Source: Carcharhinus amblyrhynchos
Lineage: Eukaryota
Reading direction: 5' to 3'
NCBI GenBank assembly: GCA_965287045.1
Contig: OZ336882.1
Location: 74,028,001-74,092,000 of the forward strand
Length of the DNA stretch: 64,000 nucleotides
Positions within the stretch are counted from its first letter, which is position 1. Each line of letters opens with the position of its first letter. Under the pieces are notes generated by a model that saw nothing but the letters and a program-made list of their open reading frames with translations, had not been told where the DNA came from and did no database searches. This document shows positions 11,060 through 24,639 of this stretch, piece by piece. A program made the translations under genes and the position numbers.

Positions 11060-14000
11060 AATCTCATGTCAATTCAATAGTAATGGGAGGACAAGGACTG
11101 GGAGTTCAATGTCCAAAGCTGCTCAATATTCTAAAAGGATATAAATGGTAGAACAGGAGGCGCAGTTACTTTACTGGTTAGATCATATAAAGCTGTATTA
11201 TGTATGTGTTTGTGTAGATATAATATAGATATATATAGGCATTAAGGACAAAAATATTGCTTCAATCAGGTGGAAATTAAAAAAAAGCACATCCTGGTAG
11301 GAGTAATTTGAGGGCTTTGAGCTTTAATTCCAACGTAGGGTATAACATAAAACAAGGGGAAAAAAAATGAATGCTCCTGAGAAAAGTGCAGCAGTAATCA
11401 CAGGTGATTTAAATATGTATATTGACAGGATTAATCAAATTCGCAAAGGGAATGTCTCTCTTAACAACACCAGTTATTCAGACAATATCTCCCACCTAAC
11501 TTTCACTGTTGTTGTTCTGGGCCAAATGTACTCTCATTCTATCGCTAGAGTTAATTAATCATGATTGAAATAATCCCTTGCCCTTCTGAATTGTCAACAT
11601 AAACCTAATGCACAACATTGTTATCTTTCAAATTTCTCTTTAGATGATAAGCTTATTGCCGTAAAATTACCCTGGACGCACTCTGGAAACTCTTGCCCGC
11701 TTCTGCCCTTTACAATGGTATTAGCACTCATGTGTAATCAAATAACTGAAATCTCAAAATATAACTATCACAGAAGCCACTCACATATGAGTAAACTCCT
11801 CATAAATGTGTTTATCTTTGTATTTCATACCAGCTGATGGCTTGGAAGCCGCACTGAGTGAAATGAATGGTGGAAATTGAAAAGGAGAGAAAAGGGCCTG
11901 AAGTATATTAGGGCCAAATAATCCAAGATTCATGCATCTGAGGCCTGCGGTTGAGAGGGTGCAGAGATACAGTACATATTACTTCTGAGATTCTGAGCTA
12001 ATCCAGATTCTGAAAATTTCAGTGCTTTGGAAAATGGCACCGTCACATGTCTGTTCATGAAATGAGGAAGACAAGCATCAGAAAATTCTACTACGATTGG
12101 CCTCATAACTGTCATTGGGCAAATACCTGAATTCATTAAAGGAACGAGCAGCAGGAAATTTAGAAAATCAGAATACCATCGAGATTAGGAAATATGGTTT
12201 CACGAAAGAACATTATGTTTTAAGGATTTACTAGAATGTTCTGAGGATTTAGCAGTCAGCTTAGGTAATAGACATCAAGTGATGTAATGTATTTATTCTA
12301 CGAAACAAAAGAGAATTTGTTAACGTGCCACCTAAAAGGTTGCAGCTCTCAGTGTTAATAGATTAGCATGGATATCGGATTAGTTCACAAATTGGAATCA
12401 TCGTATTGGGATAAACAGTTTATTTTGAGGTTTCTATAACGTAAGTATTGAATTCACAGGAATGAATCCTTCTGGCTCACTGACTTGCAATCAATATGAA
12501 TTAATTAAAGGCAGTCAATTATTCTGAAAATTCCAAGATAGGTAGAAAAGTACATAGTTATGAGGTGGGCGGGGGGGGGGGGGGGGGGGTGAGTTCCTGC
12601 ATCGATTAAACGAGGAGGCAAAGCTTGGACATATTGCATACGATGTGGGAAATTTGAGGTCGCCCACTTGGTTAGTAGAATACAAAAGAAGACCATTGTT
12701 CATATTGAAAACACTGCAGAATGCTGTGAAACAGAGGGACAAGGATGTTCTTGCGCACGAATGACAGTGTTATAGAGCCAAAGGGTCCACACAGTGCAGA
12801 ACAAGGTAATTCGGCCCATTGAGTCCGCATTGATTTTCTCACAGAGAAATGTACCCAGGTACACTACCCCACGCTTTCCTATGCCTAATCAATCCAAACT
12901 ATTCGCTGAAGTTGAGATAGGGAATTCTGGAAATGAAACGAAAGTGTTAGACACGAAAATACAAGTGAACATCAATTGGATGGGAAAAAAATGATCAAAG
13001 TGTGCAGCTCTGCGTGAAAGAAGGAAATGACAAAAATTGAATCTTGAATGTATCGAATAAAGGTATGAAAAGACAACGTAAGTGTACCAGAAACTAGCAA
13101 TGATAGAGGAAAATTTAAAACCAAACTATTTGAGTCCAAATCACCCAATACAGTTGTTAACGTGTATGGAATATTAGAGAAGGAGTAAAACACTAAGAAA
13201 AATAATGCATTGGTTAGAGACTTTGGTGACGTAGATTAGAGGGGGTAAAGCTGAGCTCCTAGAAAATAAAGATTAGATAAAATGCGGTAGACGATTTCAA
13301 AATCACAACCACGCGGATTGAAAAAAAAAGAACTCTTTTCATTGGCAAACACATCAGAATCCAAATGATACAGATTTAAACTGCTGCCAAGCGAATCGAC
13401 TCTTACTTTAGCCAGAAAATTATTATGATGTGAAATGAACTGGCAGAGAACGTGAAGTGTTAGTCAAATAGAAGCAATTCTGTTTGTAAAGGAAAATTGC
13501 AGAACACAGATGGGGAGAGAGGCCTGAGGATTGAGAACAGTTTGAAATTCAGCAAAGAAGGACCAAGGGATTGATTAAGAAGGGGGCCTTACAATACAAA
13601 AGTGAGTGCTTGCAGGGAACATGAAGATCGACACTAAGGGTTTCTATAGATACGTGAAAAGAAAGAGGTTGGTGAAAGTAAATGTAGACCCCTACAGACA
13701 GATACAGGGGAATGTGTAACAGGGGACAAAGAAATGGCCGAGCAACTAAATACATGCTTTTGTTCTGCCTTCACAAAAGAGGACACAAATCAAATGCCAG
13801 AAATGTTGCAGAATGCCAGATTTACTGAGAAAGAAAGACTGATAGATCAATATTCGCAGTGAAATTGTACAGGAAATTGTTGGGGTGGAAGGCAGATAAA
13901 ACCCCAGGCTTGATAATCTGTATCCCAGAGTAGTTAAGGAAGTGAATCTACACATACTGGATACCGGTGGTCATCTTCCAGGATTTTACCGACTCTGGAT

Positions 14001-14400
14001 CAGTTCCTGAAAATTGGCAGGGAACTAATGTAATTCCAGTATTCAGATAGGGGAGTAGAGAGAAAACAGGGAATTACAGGCCAGTAAGCTTAACATTGCT
14101 GGTAGGGGAAATTCTCTAATCAATTATCAAGGACTTTATAGCAGAGCATTTAAACAGAGTAGCAAGATCAGACAGAATCAGCATGCATTTATTAAAGGAA
14201 AATCATGGTTGACAAATATCTTGGAAATCTTTGAAGATGCAACTACTGGAGTTGACAAGGGGGACCGGTTGATGTGGTATACCAGGACTTTCAGAAACAT
14301 GTGACAAAGCCCCGCACAAGATATTATCATCCAAGATTAAAGCGCATGGGATTGGGGGTAGTTCATTGAGAACAACGGAAAATTGGTGGAAGAGAGTAGC
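11060..14400 (+). mobile_element. Series of old CR1 ORF2 fragments (endonuclease, RT, C-terminus)
   Basis: AVITGDLNMYID (EN), QHAFIKGKSWLTN/GDRLMWY-like RT segment near 14180-14300, GNYRPVSLT near 14070; heavily mutated. Confidence 0.7.
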
Positions 14401-14919
14401 ACTTAATGTTTGAATATTTACGATTAACACTGGGCTGCCTGCATTTTTTTTTGGCGGAAATTAAAGAGCAGAAACCTCGACGACTGGCGAGGAGAAAGAC
14501 GAGGAAGTGCATTCCAATGCCTGGCCTAACCAGCGTCTAGCTGTCAGCTCCATTACGACCTCGCATCTAAAATAAGCTGCAAGTGCAGCATGAGTCATTG
14601 GCAGAAAGTGCAATAGCCATTGGCAACTAAACTGAACAAAACTTACACAGAAAGTGCAATTGTATTAACAAGTGTAGGTAACGAACTTATTTTACGTCTT
14701 GCTGCCGTCGTTATAGAGATGAATCACGTAAACTGCATGGAAACAACTGTCGTTTATTCTGATTTCTCCCAAATGTTAATAGGATATTCTGTTAAGTTAC
14801 AGTTGTTTTCTGCCTTTGATGCATTTTGGCATTTTGTTCAGTTTCTAACCAGTATTATCTAATCGATCTGGATAAATTATTGGATTTTTACAAATAATCT
14901 CTAGATATATCATAACTTG

Positions 14920-15050
14920 GCATGATTCATGCTCTGGCCAAGACCGCTACAAAGGATTGTGAACGGAACCAGACCCTCACGCAAACTGTCCTTCTACCCA
15001 TTGACTCTGATTACACCTCACGCTGTTTGGAAAAAATCGGACCCCAGACA
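14920..15050 (+). mobile_element. Rex1/Babar-like LINE 3' fragment
   Basis: gcaaactgtccttctacccattgactctgattacacctcacgctgtttggaaaa resembles the Rex1 LP.IDS.YTSRC..K motif. Confidence 0.5.
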
Positions 15051-15683
15051 CAGTGGCGGATTAACTATCAACCGGATGTCTAGGCTAAGATTTAGTAAGG
15101 CTCCCTGACCTTCCCCACTGCCCTCCCGCTGCACCCTTCATTGAATAGAATAAAGTGACGTTAAGTGACGTTGGATAACATATCGTTGTGCTGTGTATAA
15201 TGTACTGCATGTATAATGTCATAAAGTTCTATGAATCAATTACAGCTCTTTTGTTCATTTATTTATCATTTTCTTTGTATTTGTGCTTTAAAAAACATCG
15301 CGTATTTTGGTTTACAGAAGTATCGATAACAGCGTGTAAATCAACAGATCGACCCACGTCTGATTCAATGAGCATGAGTTGCATATGACTAAGTTTCTCA
15401 TCGCTCAGTGTTGAGCGCAAATAGATTTTGATCCTCTTCAGTGCCAAAAATGAACGCTCACCTGAACAGTTAGTGATAATTATGGACAGATAAATTCTAA
15501 AGCAGACGTTTGCATTTAGATATCCCTCGGCAGTCGATCTCTTGCCAGAGCTCGATAAATCCCAGTGATAGTGTCATTTTCGGATTTTTCTTGAATGTAA
15601 TTCTGAAAGTGGACAAGCTTCATTTCCAACGAGAAAAAAAAGTATATGCGAAAGTACTGAAATATCATCCAAATAACTCACGT

Positions 15684-15994
15684 GCACAGCCTCAAGATAA
15701 GTGGGGGGCGGGGGGGGGGGACAGTTTAGGACAGAGTTGAGGAGGAACTTCTTCACTCAAAGGATGGTGAATCTCTGGAATTCTCTGCCCGTTGGAGTGG
15801 TGGAGGCTACCTCGCTAAATATATTTAAGACACGGGTAGATAGGTTTTTGGTAGGCAAGGGGATAAAGGGTTAAGGGGAGAAAGCGGGAAAGTGGAACTG
15901 AGCCACTCCGGATCAGCCATGATCTTATTGAATGGCGGGGCAGGGTCGAAGGGCTAGATGGCCTACTCCTGCTCGTATTTCTTATGTTCTTATG
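15684..15994 (+). mobile_element. Young CR1 3' end nested in the hAT relic
   Basis: gcacagcctcaagataag...cttatgttcttatg; same family as 5275-6510. Confidence 0.92.
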
Positions 15995-16022
15995 TACAAT
16001 TATTGTTTTTTTGGACGCTCAC

Positions 16023-16722
16023 AACCCCTCAAAGGGTAGAGAGACATAAATGTCGTCCATTGTGTTAAGGGTAAAGTGACATAAATATCGTTGTTCGGTC
16101 GGCTGACTTTGTGGTATCTGCATTGATTGATCAAACAAGATGCACCAACCGCTGTTCTACCAACGAGATGTCTTCTTTCTTCAGCTTCGTTATGTTGTCA
16201 TACACGTGTTATTAATGCATTTTCATAATAAATTAGAACTTTTGGCTGGTGAGTGGTGACAACAATCCTTTTGTCGCGTTGTAAACAACAATGGTGGCGC
16301 GCAAACCAAAGTCTGTTCTGACGTTTTGACAGTGGTAAATGTGCTCAACAACAGTTTTGACGATGGATAATGTAGTGATGATGGTGGGAGTGCTTCAGAT
16401 GCCGAGGATTTTGATCTTGATGTCGGTGAATTATCAGATGATGTTCGTGAATTTGATGATACGTTGATAGCACTGGAGGCAGTGGTGACAGTCATCGTGT
16501 GGGGCTGACACTATGTAAGGATGAATGTTGAAAAAAGTACTATATGTAAATAAGTATGCATCAAAATAAATATGTCTACGTGTTATAGCATGGCAATAAA
16601 CTTGTGCATTCATTTTATATTTATTTGCATACACAAATCCGGGAGGGTGAAATTCCTCTATTTGTTCAACTAATTCACCCACGGGCTATTGTTATTAAAA
16701 TGTATTCATCCTTAGAAGGGTA
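16023..16722. mobile_element. Possible piggyBac-like relic nested in the hAT element
   Basis: Imperfect CCC...GGG inverted ends (aacccctcaaaggg / ccttagaagggtaa) and an acidic SDDGGSASDAEDFDLDVGELSDD stretch of the kind found at the N-terminus of piggyBac transposases. Confidence 0.35.
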
Positions 16723-17454
16723 AAATCAGTTATTTTTTGCTCTTGCCACCACCGCCCCCCCCCCCCCCTTCACTTCCGGACTCCTAGGCTTAAGCCTACT
16801 CAGCCTAATGGTTAATCCGTCACTTCAACTATAATGATGGACAAAGTTAAAACAGCATACTATATGTAAAACAAAGTGACATCCCCTTTATGGCTATTCT
16901 GGCTAGATAAGAAACTAAGTGTGTGTGACTGCCTGTATCGAGGTGGGGCCGGGGGGGATACTGTAGGCGACATGGGGCGTGGGGGCTGGTGGTGTTAGTG
17001 GTGTTCGGGATCTCCTCTACAGTGATTTTGAGATTTTGGGCAAGATTCAAGTAATCAAGCGCATCGTTCACGTTATTATTTAAAATCATGGAATTAGCTG
17101 TCTGCAAGGCACACACATGCCAACACCAATTCCCCAAATTCCATTAACTAGTTTATTGATATCAGGTTGGCATTTGAGACATTGTGCCGACATAGTCCGT
17201 TCTTAGGAAAACTTGGAAGAGAGAAGCAGTGAATTCCATTAGTTGAGCAATGAAAAACCACAGGCCAGCAACACAATTATCTATGGAAAACAAGATTTAG
17301 AATTAATGATTTATAAACTCGTCACAGGCTGGGTGTCACATGCTAATATTTTGCACAGATGAATTATTTGAAAATTTTGCTGGAAAATAAACATGTGCGC
17401 AACAAAACAACACTCTGTGATATTGATCCAACGCACCGACTTTAGTGGAACGAT

Positions 17455-17645
17455 CTCAAAGAACAAAGAGCAACCTCCGCACAGGAAACAGACCCTTCGG
17501 CCCAACGAGCGCACGCCGCCATTTTAACATTATGAGTGCCCTCCTCTAACCATGACCTTTGTCTATACCTATTGGGGTAGATTGAGGGAAGGCTAATTTA
17601 GGGACAATTTGTTACACCAATCAGCCTAAGAGCACGTCCATTTCT
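17455..17645 (-). mobile_element. Short 3' tail of the CR1/SINE family seen at 25912-26110
   Basis: aaagaacaaag tail, cccttcggcccaacga and ttgttacacca.tcagcctaagagcac are shared with 25912-26110. Confidence 0.75.
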
Positions 17646-18263
17646 GGAAGTTAAATAGGACAACGTCTGGCTCGTCGGAATGGAATGTTTCACGGTTGTA
17701 TGTTATATTTTCCAAGGCTTACTGATAATGAAGTTAATATCTGGAAAATAAAATCGGAACTTACATTGACGAGTCAAGTTCCTGTTCTCTCCATTGTTAG
17801 ACACTAATTGGGAAAGGGGGAGTTCTTCAGTTGTGTCTGGGAATGATAGTGAGCAAAATCTGATGGGAGCATCAATAATATCGCATTTATATCAAGATTT
17901 AAGCATGGGCTCTAAAGACACAACACTTTAACATGCGCTTCCATTTTTTTTATTCTAAAAGTTTTGTGAATTAATTAATCATGGTGCATTATTCCTGTAT
18001 TTGAAGTGTCGGCTGCAAACACTCTCATACCATCTATCCCATATATGTACGTCAAGGATGGCTATTCCTTTGAACCTGTGGATGCTGATGTTGACTTTAA
18101 TTTGATCTGTTCAATCTTGGAGAGCAGCAAAAATCATGCACGTGATATTTACTTCAAGAAATGGTTTGAAAACAAAATATTTTCGTCCCTACGTGAATAT
18201 CGCCATTTGATAAAAAAAATCACGGATGTACTAGTGTTCTAACTACGGAGAGAAAGTTTGGTT

Positions 18264-19171
18264 TTAATTTTTCATATTTCTCCAAAATGACAAAACATAT
18301 ATCCAAGGAAATTTGAGGATGTTAAATAATTCTTTCCTGAACTTCGCTTGTGTCGCTACATAAATACATGTGTTTGCACATGACTTCAACTGTGTGAGCA
18401 TGTATCCGGTTTCAGTGGCAATATATGCAGCAGATGTATAACCAGGTCTGATATGAACAACCAGGCTGTTAGTCCAATGAGTCACCATCGATGTCAGACT
18501 CAACAATATAAAGTTGGCCGACACAGCAAACAACAAAACAATGGATTTCCTTCGGCTCTCCATTTCTTGATCACGCTGATTCTCAATGCTGGGAGTCCGG
18601 AGTCTCCTGCGAGCAATATTCGTCACTACAATTCGCCTCACTGTTACGCAATTGAACAGCAATATCAAAGCAAATGGAATCAATGAGAATAAAACACTTT
18701 GCAACTTGAAGTATGTTCTACCTGCAGGCGATGTGAAAAAGGCCACACTTGGGCGGAAACCCCATTGCATACCGTTCACGATTTGTGTATGTTCATGTGA
18801 AAACCAAAACGGGATGTTCTCTAAACACATTGACACAGAAATAATGATTATGACATTGGATGCGGTTCTCACGGTGCAATATTTGGTTTTCAGTTTCTGA
18901 GAACATATGGCTACACACCGGTCAAATGTGAAGCCAACTGTAAACCACACCGACAACCCCACATTGGTGCAAGTCAAGTACGTCATTAGCTTGCAAACCA
19001 CAGTGTAGGACAGAAATGAATATGGGAAGCGTTTTCTGAGAATTTGAAATGCGATTCTTTGGACGACTGTGACCAGTAGATCTGCGGCTCCCATGGCAAC
19101 CATATAGATGGACATACATTTGGAAATGCCACAGTTTCCTCGGCAGAGTGTTACTATTATCAATAAGTTCA
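18264..19171 (-). CDS. GPR139-like class A GPCR, gene 2, exon 2 (spliced product 325 aa)
   Basis: RGNCGISKC (ICL1), MVAMGAADLLV, LSVWFTVGFTFDRCVAIC, ESRRKSIVLLF, AYIATETG, NTCIYVATQAKFRKEL. Acceptor ttacag|TGAAC at 19171. Confidence 0.93.
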
Positions 19172-19809
19172 CTGTAAGAGGCAGAAAAGATCATTAAGAG
19201 TCATGCTCAGCAACATCTCTATATGTATTGCGGCACAGTGTACAAGATGTGTTCTTACTTAAATTTGGGATCATGATTTCCTTTTACAATATTAGAAAAG
19301 CATTGGTGACATTATTTCCCAATCATTCAGTTTGAGCACTGCACATCCTTCATGCTTATTTCTTTCGAAAGCAACAAATGCAGTTCGAATTCAGGATGAT
19401 GAATCGAAAAAAAAAACACGGCACACCAACACATGGAAACACATACGCTCAACTCTCAAAGAAAGGCGGGCGGATAGGGCATTGACGTGGATGATCACGT
19501 GGAGTCACTCGTCAGTATTTAGTCATTTTCTCCCCAAACTTGATTCCGAAAGTGGACACCATTAAATTGTCGCGCCAGATGTCAAAGGAGCATTAATGGT
19601 CCTAAAATTTCGGTCGTGCCCACGATGATTCACGCAGGGTCCCGAGCTCAAAATTTAACTTGTTTGCAACTGAAGAAAGGGGAGCTTAGGAAACTGCAGC
19701 TTAGATTTATCTCTCGACTTAATCGAATGTACCATACTAAGGTTCTTCAGGGAAGGGTTATTTTCTTTTCAAAATTAGACATAAAATCACCTAAGGAGAT
19801 TTTGGAAAG

Positions 19810-20460
19810 GTAGTTCAAGTTTCGGTGAAAGACGAGACGTCTTCAGCTTTGAAGGAGTTTCTTTGAGAAGAAAATTTGGAGAAGCAGTGCAGTTTGCAAA
19901 GAACGATGACAATTTTGTAGTGGAGGCACTGTTTTGGCGGAAGATGGCGGAGGACAGCGGGCAGTAACGTACAATGTGAACAGATTGTTTTGAAAAATGT
20001 CATGGATTATAGATATTTGGATGTCTTCAAGTATATACGAGTGAAGGTGGGTGGCCGGACAGGTTTGACTTAGCATAGTCCAGAGATAGCACATATTTGA
20101 ATGAGTGTTTCAGCAGCAGAACCAAGCAATGTCGGCGACAATGGCGGACTTAGTGCAGGTGTAAGTATGTAGTTAGAAGATCATCTTGTGGTCAAATATT
20201 AGACTGAATTTCAACACATTTCGGTTGCATTTCTTAACATTACTTGGCAGAGGTAAGAGGCAATAGTTCGATAACCAAGAATGAAGCAGGTGCCAGATAG
20301 AATGGCTTCCTCCTTCCCGATATTGAAAGGGATTAAATATCAGATCATCCAAGAGAATATATCAAATAAACGGACTGATGATTTATTGACAGTGGGGGAA
20401 TCGAGTGAGGGGGCTGTGTGGCAGAACTCGCTTTCATCGGTGGACAGGTGAAATGAGTTA
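19810..20460 (-). mobile_element. Old L2/CR1-group LINE fragment (similar relics at about 21790-22320, 23950-24500, 53100-53500, 54620-55030)
   Basis: Purine-rich plus strand with antisense RT/3' fragments typical of L2; too degraded to give a continuous frame. Confidence 0.45.
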
Positions 20461-20689
20461 TGTTTTTGTTTGATGTTATGTTAATGTAAATAGGATAGAG
20501 TTAATGAAAAAAAACATTGGCTTGGTTTTTATCATTGGCGTAGAAATGGGACGATAAGCGATTGCAATTTGATTTTCTGATTTGATTAAATAAATAACAA
20601 TCATATAATTGACCTGGCGCAGAAGGAAGCAATTTGGCCTTTCGTGTCTGTATAGTTCTCCCAATCAGTAAAACCTAGTCCGACTCCGG

Positions 20690-21170
20690 ATTGTTTTAAC
20701 TAAAAATCTGCCCAATCTTTCTGATCAGACACTGGTCTGAAGCCCATTAAAATTAATAAAATTGTTCCCCCTGCGCCATATTCTCAGACAGCGTAATGAA
20801 CATTTGCTGCATGAAAACAACGTTTCTCTTCGTATTTGTTTTCCCCAGATACTCTTTTAAATCTGTGAAATCTTGTTCTCGATATTTTAACGATTGAGAA
20901 AGTTTCTCCCTTTCTACTCTGTCACAACCTCTTATAGTTTTGAATGTCTCTGTCAATTTTTCAATGAGTTGCCTTTTCTTTCAGGTTAGCAGTCGAAACG
21001 TCTCCAAATTATCTTCAGAGCTGAAGCTAATCAGCCCAGGAAGCTTTTCTGAATCTTTTCGACACTGTCTCTACTGTCTTTATATCCTCCCTAATGTGTT
21101 GCCATACTAATGGGATGTGAAATTGTTACTTAAACACGTCGTACATATCTCCTTTACTCTGCATTGTCCT
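20690..21170 (-). mobile_element. Old CR1 3' fragment
   Basis: ETFKTIRGCDRVEREKL resembles the CR1 ORF2 C-terminus. Confidence 0.6.
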
Positions 21171-21192
21171 ATTATTAAAGCTAAATATGTTG

Positions 21193-21233
<41 letters not shown>
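21193..21233. repeat. (ATT)n microsatellite
   Basis: Perfect trinucleotide run. Confidence 0.95.
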
Positions 21234-23207
21234 CCGTTCTCTCAACCAGTCCTGCCACTTGCACGGGCGTGAAGGTCTACATTATGAATATCGGTCAGAA
21301 AAAAAAAATCACAACGTTAACCCTGTTAACCTCTCGACAAATCGTCCCCACGCATGAAAGAATACATTAAAAATCATTATCATTCCTGTCACTCAATCGA
21401 TCTCTGATCGCAGTCCAACTCTCATTTTAATTCCTTGAGCTCGAATCCTGCTCAGAATTCCAAGTGTGCAGCATTGTATCAATTGGCGTTTGGAGGTTTA
21501 TATGCACCATATTAAGAACAATACCGTCACCAATCCCTTTGTGCTCTGTTCCCAACATGAGAACGAAACGCACCAATGCCAGGAACCATGTGACTGTCGT
21601 CAGCTACAACGCAATGCAGCGCGTAAGAAACGCAACACCTGTTAACTCTGCCAACGGCTACAGCGAGGCAGAGTGGTGTGAGCACACGTTGTTACGATCA
21701 TGCAGAATATTAATTGTTACTTTGAATAAAGCCATGTTGGTACTCTATCCGATGTTGAAACTCTTTGGATCGATTTGAGGATGTACTTCTGACTAATGTG
21801 GACACACGTTGGAGAGGAAACAATTGTTCAAGAACATTCTTTATAAGAAATGAAGTTCGGAGATGGAAAATATTTTAAATGGATCATGGGTTCAAGTGTT
21901 GAGTTCGGTGGAGTTAAGAGGCAAAACGCATCTTCAAATGAGTGATCTAGGTCACCTGAAATAAAGCACAACCATTGATAGCATGAACTGATACGGGGAG
22001 GAGACGAACAAGGAGTTTCGTGGTCAGTAATTTAGTTCGATTGGGATCTAGGAAGCCAGGAGGTGGGTCTCATGGGCAAGGTGACTTTTGAGCATGGAAT
22101 GATGAGGACATTGGAGGAACTAGACAAATCTTTGAGTTACGGAAATGGCAATAGCATTTACTTTAGGTGTCTTTGAATTGCGAATTTCATTTAATCCGGC
22201 ATGGCTGATGGCGTCCAACTAAAATTGATGCAACTAAAGAATGAGGCAAGGAATTGATCAGAGATGGATTCCATTGCGATTTGGACGAGTGGCATCATAT
22301 GATGCGAGAACCGAAGCAGAAAAATGCATTAATAAATGGACAGTTCAATGATTGTTAATCTTCAGCAACAACACATCTATATTTTATTACATGTAACAGT
22401 TTGTTATGCTGAGCGTTAAAAGAAGTCATCTCAACACAAAGCTTGTGCGCACAATCTACCCACGTTTCTGAGTTACCGGTGCAGGTTCATTGTGTAATTA
22501 ATGTGATTGTACATTTCGTCCCTGCCATTTACTTGAAACCAGAATCAGGGGAACAAATATCATTCCGTATAATTCCTAAACCATAATTCTAAATAAACCA
22601 AATCAAATAAAACAGTCAATTGAGATAAAGAGGCCAAAATGCATTACAAAAATCCATATTCGAACAATGTTAATGGGCGCAAGGAAGCTTCTAAGGAGTT
22701 GAACGGGAGCTGGTGGAAGCGTAATGTTTCTTTCCAGTTGAGAGTTTACGATATTTTTTCTAAAAATGGATTTCAAAATCCCCAATGATTATACGCATCA
22801 GCAGTAAAACAAAAACAACTATACAGGGATCAAGGATGCAAAATGAATGATAGAAAGTCATCAGAACATTCACGAGCACAATAAAGGGTGGACAATGCAT
22901 ACTAGCGTACGCATTTCGTGAAATCATGAATAAAACACTTCCTTCAGCTGGGCATTGAACCAACTAGACCGTTGAAAAATCCGTTTCGCCAGCTGTATTA
23001 TATTGACTGAAGCTGAGTCGGAGTCTAACACTCTACCAACCAGGAGAGACTCTGCCCGGTTACCTGACCTTCTGAATTTTCTTCTTATTTTCACGACTTC
23101 TCTGCGGCATAAATGATTCTGCAAGCAAGAGTGTCTCATTCTGCCATATAACCATCAACACTAAAATATTCAACATTGATTTAAAAAAAATATATATCAC
23201 TAATTAC

Positions 23208-23277
23208 CGGGAGTACCAACGGCTACCAACACTGGATAATAAATGTCGATTATCTGTCGGATCACTGGTCTTTCCAT
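23208..23277 (-). CDS. GPR139-like gene 2, exon 1 (MERPVIRQIIDIYYPVLVAVGTP)
   Basis: ATG at 23277, 70 nt, donor CCCG|gtaatt; phase 1 in frame with exon 2 (70+908=978 nt); homologous to gene 3 exon 1. Confidence 0.88.
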
Positions 23278-24639
23278 TCTTTAGAAGGATGCTTGTTCAC
23301 TATTGTGTTTTCCAGCTCCCATCAAAATGTAAGCGCTTTTAAGCTCTCCCCTTAATAAGGGAAAAAAAAATCTACGCCCAGTTGAGTAAATCAGCTTACG
23401 CAACAGCTGACTTTAGTTATCGTCACTGAATAAGAAAACAATCCATTCCACTTCCGTGAATTCAGAGTGACAATGGCGAAACTGCAGCCAGCAGTCCACA
23501 CAATGCTGCCAATGAAGTGTATCGACAGGAAGAAATCTGAAAGGAAATGTGCCGTATTCATGCAGCTCATGACATATACACAAGCAAGTTTTGTAAATTC
23601 GTATTTCGATGGGCACAAAAGGGAACAATCGATATCAGATCTCATTGTCCATACTAAGAACATTTTAAGTAATAATGTTACGCTTTGTAATTTTAGTGAC
23701 GTTGTCAAATTTAGACTTGGTGATTAATTCATGATGACTATAGACAAGCAAATGTTTCGAATAAAACAAATATAATGTTAAAATTAGTAATTTAATTCGA
23801 GAGACAAACGAGTCACAGAAGGTAATGATTCAGGTATGAATAGAAAGGTCTCTGGAAGTTACGAAATTAATGCCTTACTAGATATTAACCATCAGGCATT
23901 CTTAAAGTTTCGAAAAATATAGTCTTTTTTTATGGATAGAGCAAAAGATAATCAATTATTACACAAGTTTGTGGCGTAAAACAGTCTATAAAGTTTGTGT
24001 ACAGTCTGTAACGCGATGAAAAAGAAACACATGTGAATAGACGTTGACACGTTAGTCAAAGAGAGAGGTGAAACTGTAATTGGCAGAGAGAAAACAATGC
24101 GGAAGTACCATGAAATGCAACGTCTGACGAAAGTAGGGAGCGTGTATGTATCAGTATCAGGATTTGAAAACAAAAATAATACTGGTGAGAGTCAGGGAAC
24201 TGGTGGGTGTCTGGACTTGCCTTTGAAAGGTTTAAAAAGAGAGATGAATTTGAAGTTGGCAGATGTGATAGACATGATACTTCAGAATCAAATTTAGCAT
24301 TGAATGGTTGGGGAGGTGGTAAGGTAGGGGAGGGCTGTATAAATGGGACAAATAAATAGCAGCGAGATAAATATTCGTGCTAGGCAAAATGTTCACAACT
24401 GCCATTAAGTGCCTGAGAAAAAATAGAGTTGGAAAGTCATACAATTATTCAGTGAAATCAATAAAGAAGTGGAATTGACTCTGAAAAATGAAATAGTTAA
24501 AGGTCAGATTGCCTCTCAGCCCATTTTGTCTTTGCAGGTTGTCCTGAGAAGCAGTTTATGCATCGCCAGTACTATCCTTTCTCTTCTCATCCCAGTACAT
24601 TCCTGATTATCACACATTTACAAAACATAGCAATCTTGA

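Larger units (their letters stand above)
15051..16825 (-). mobile_element. Non-autonomous hAT DNA transposon relic with TIRs
   Basis: TIR cagtggcggattaac (15051) and gttaatccgtcactt (16811-16825). Internal minus-strand ITNCSGERSFLALKRIKIYLRSTLSDEKLSH..LM.IESD is the hAT C-terminal dimerisation domain. No intact 8 bp TSD seen. Confidence 0.8.
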
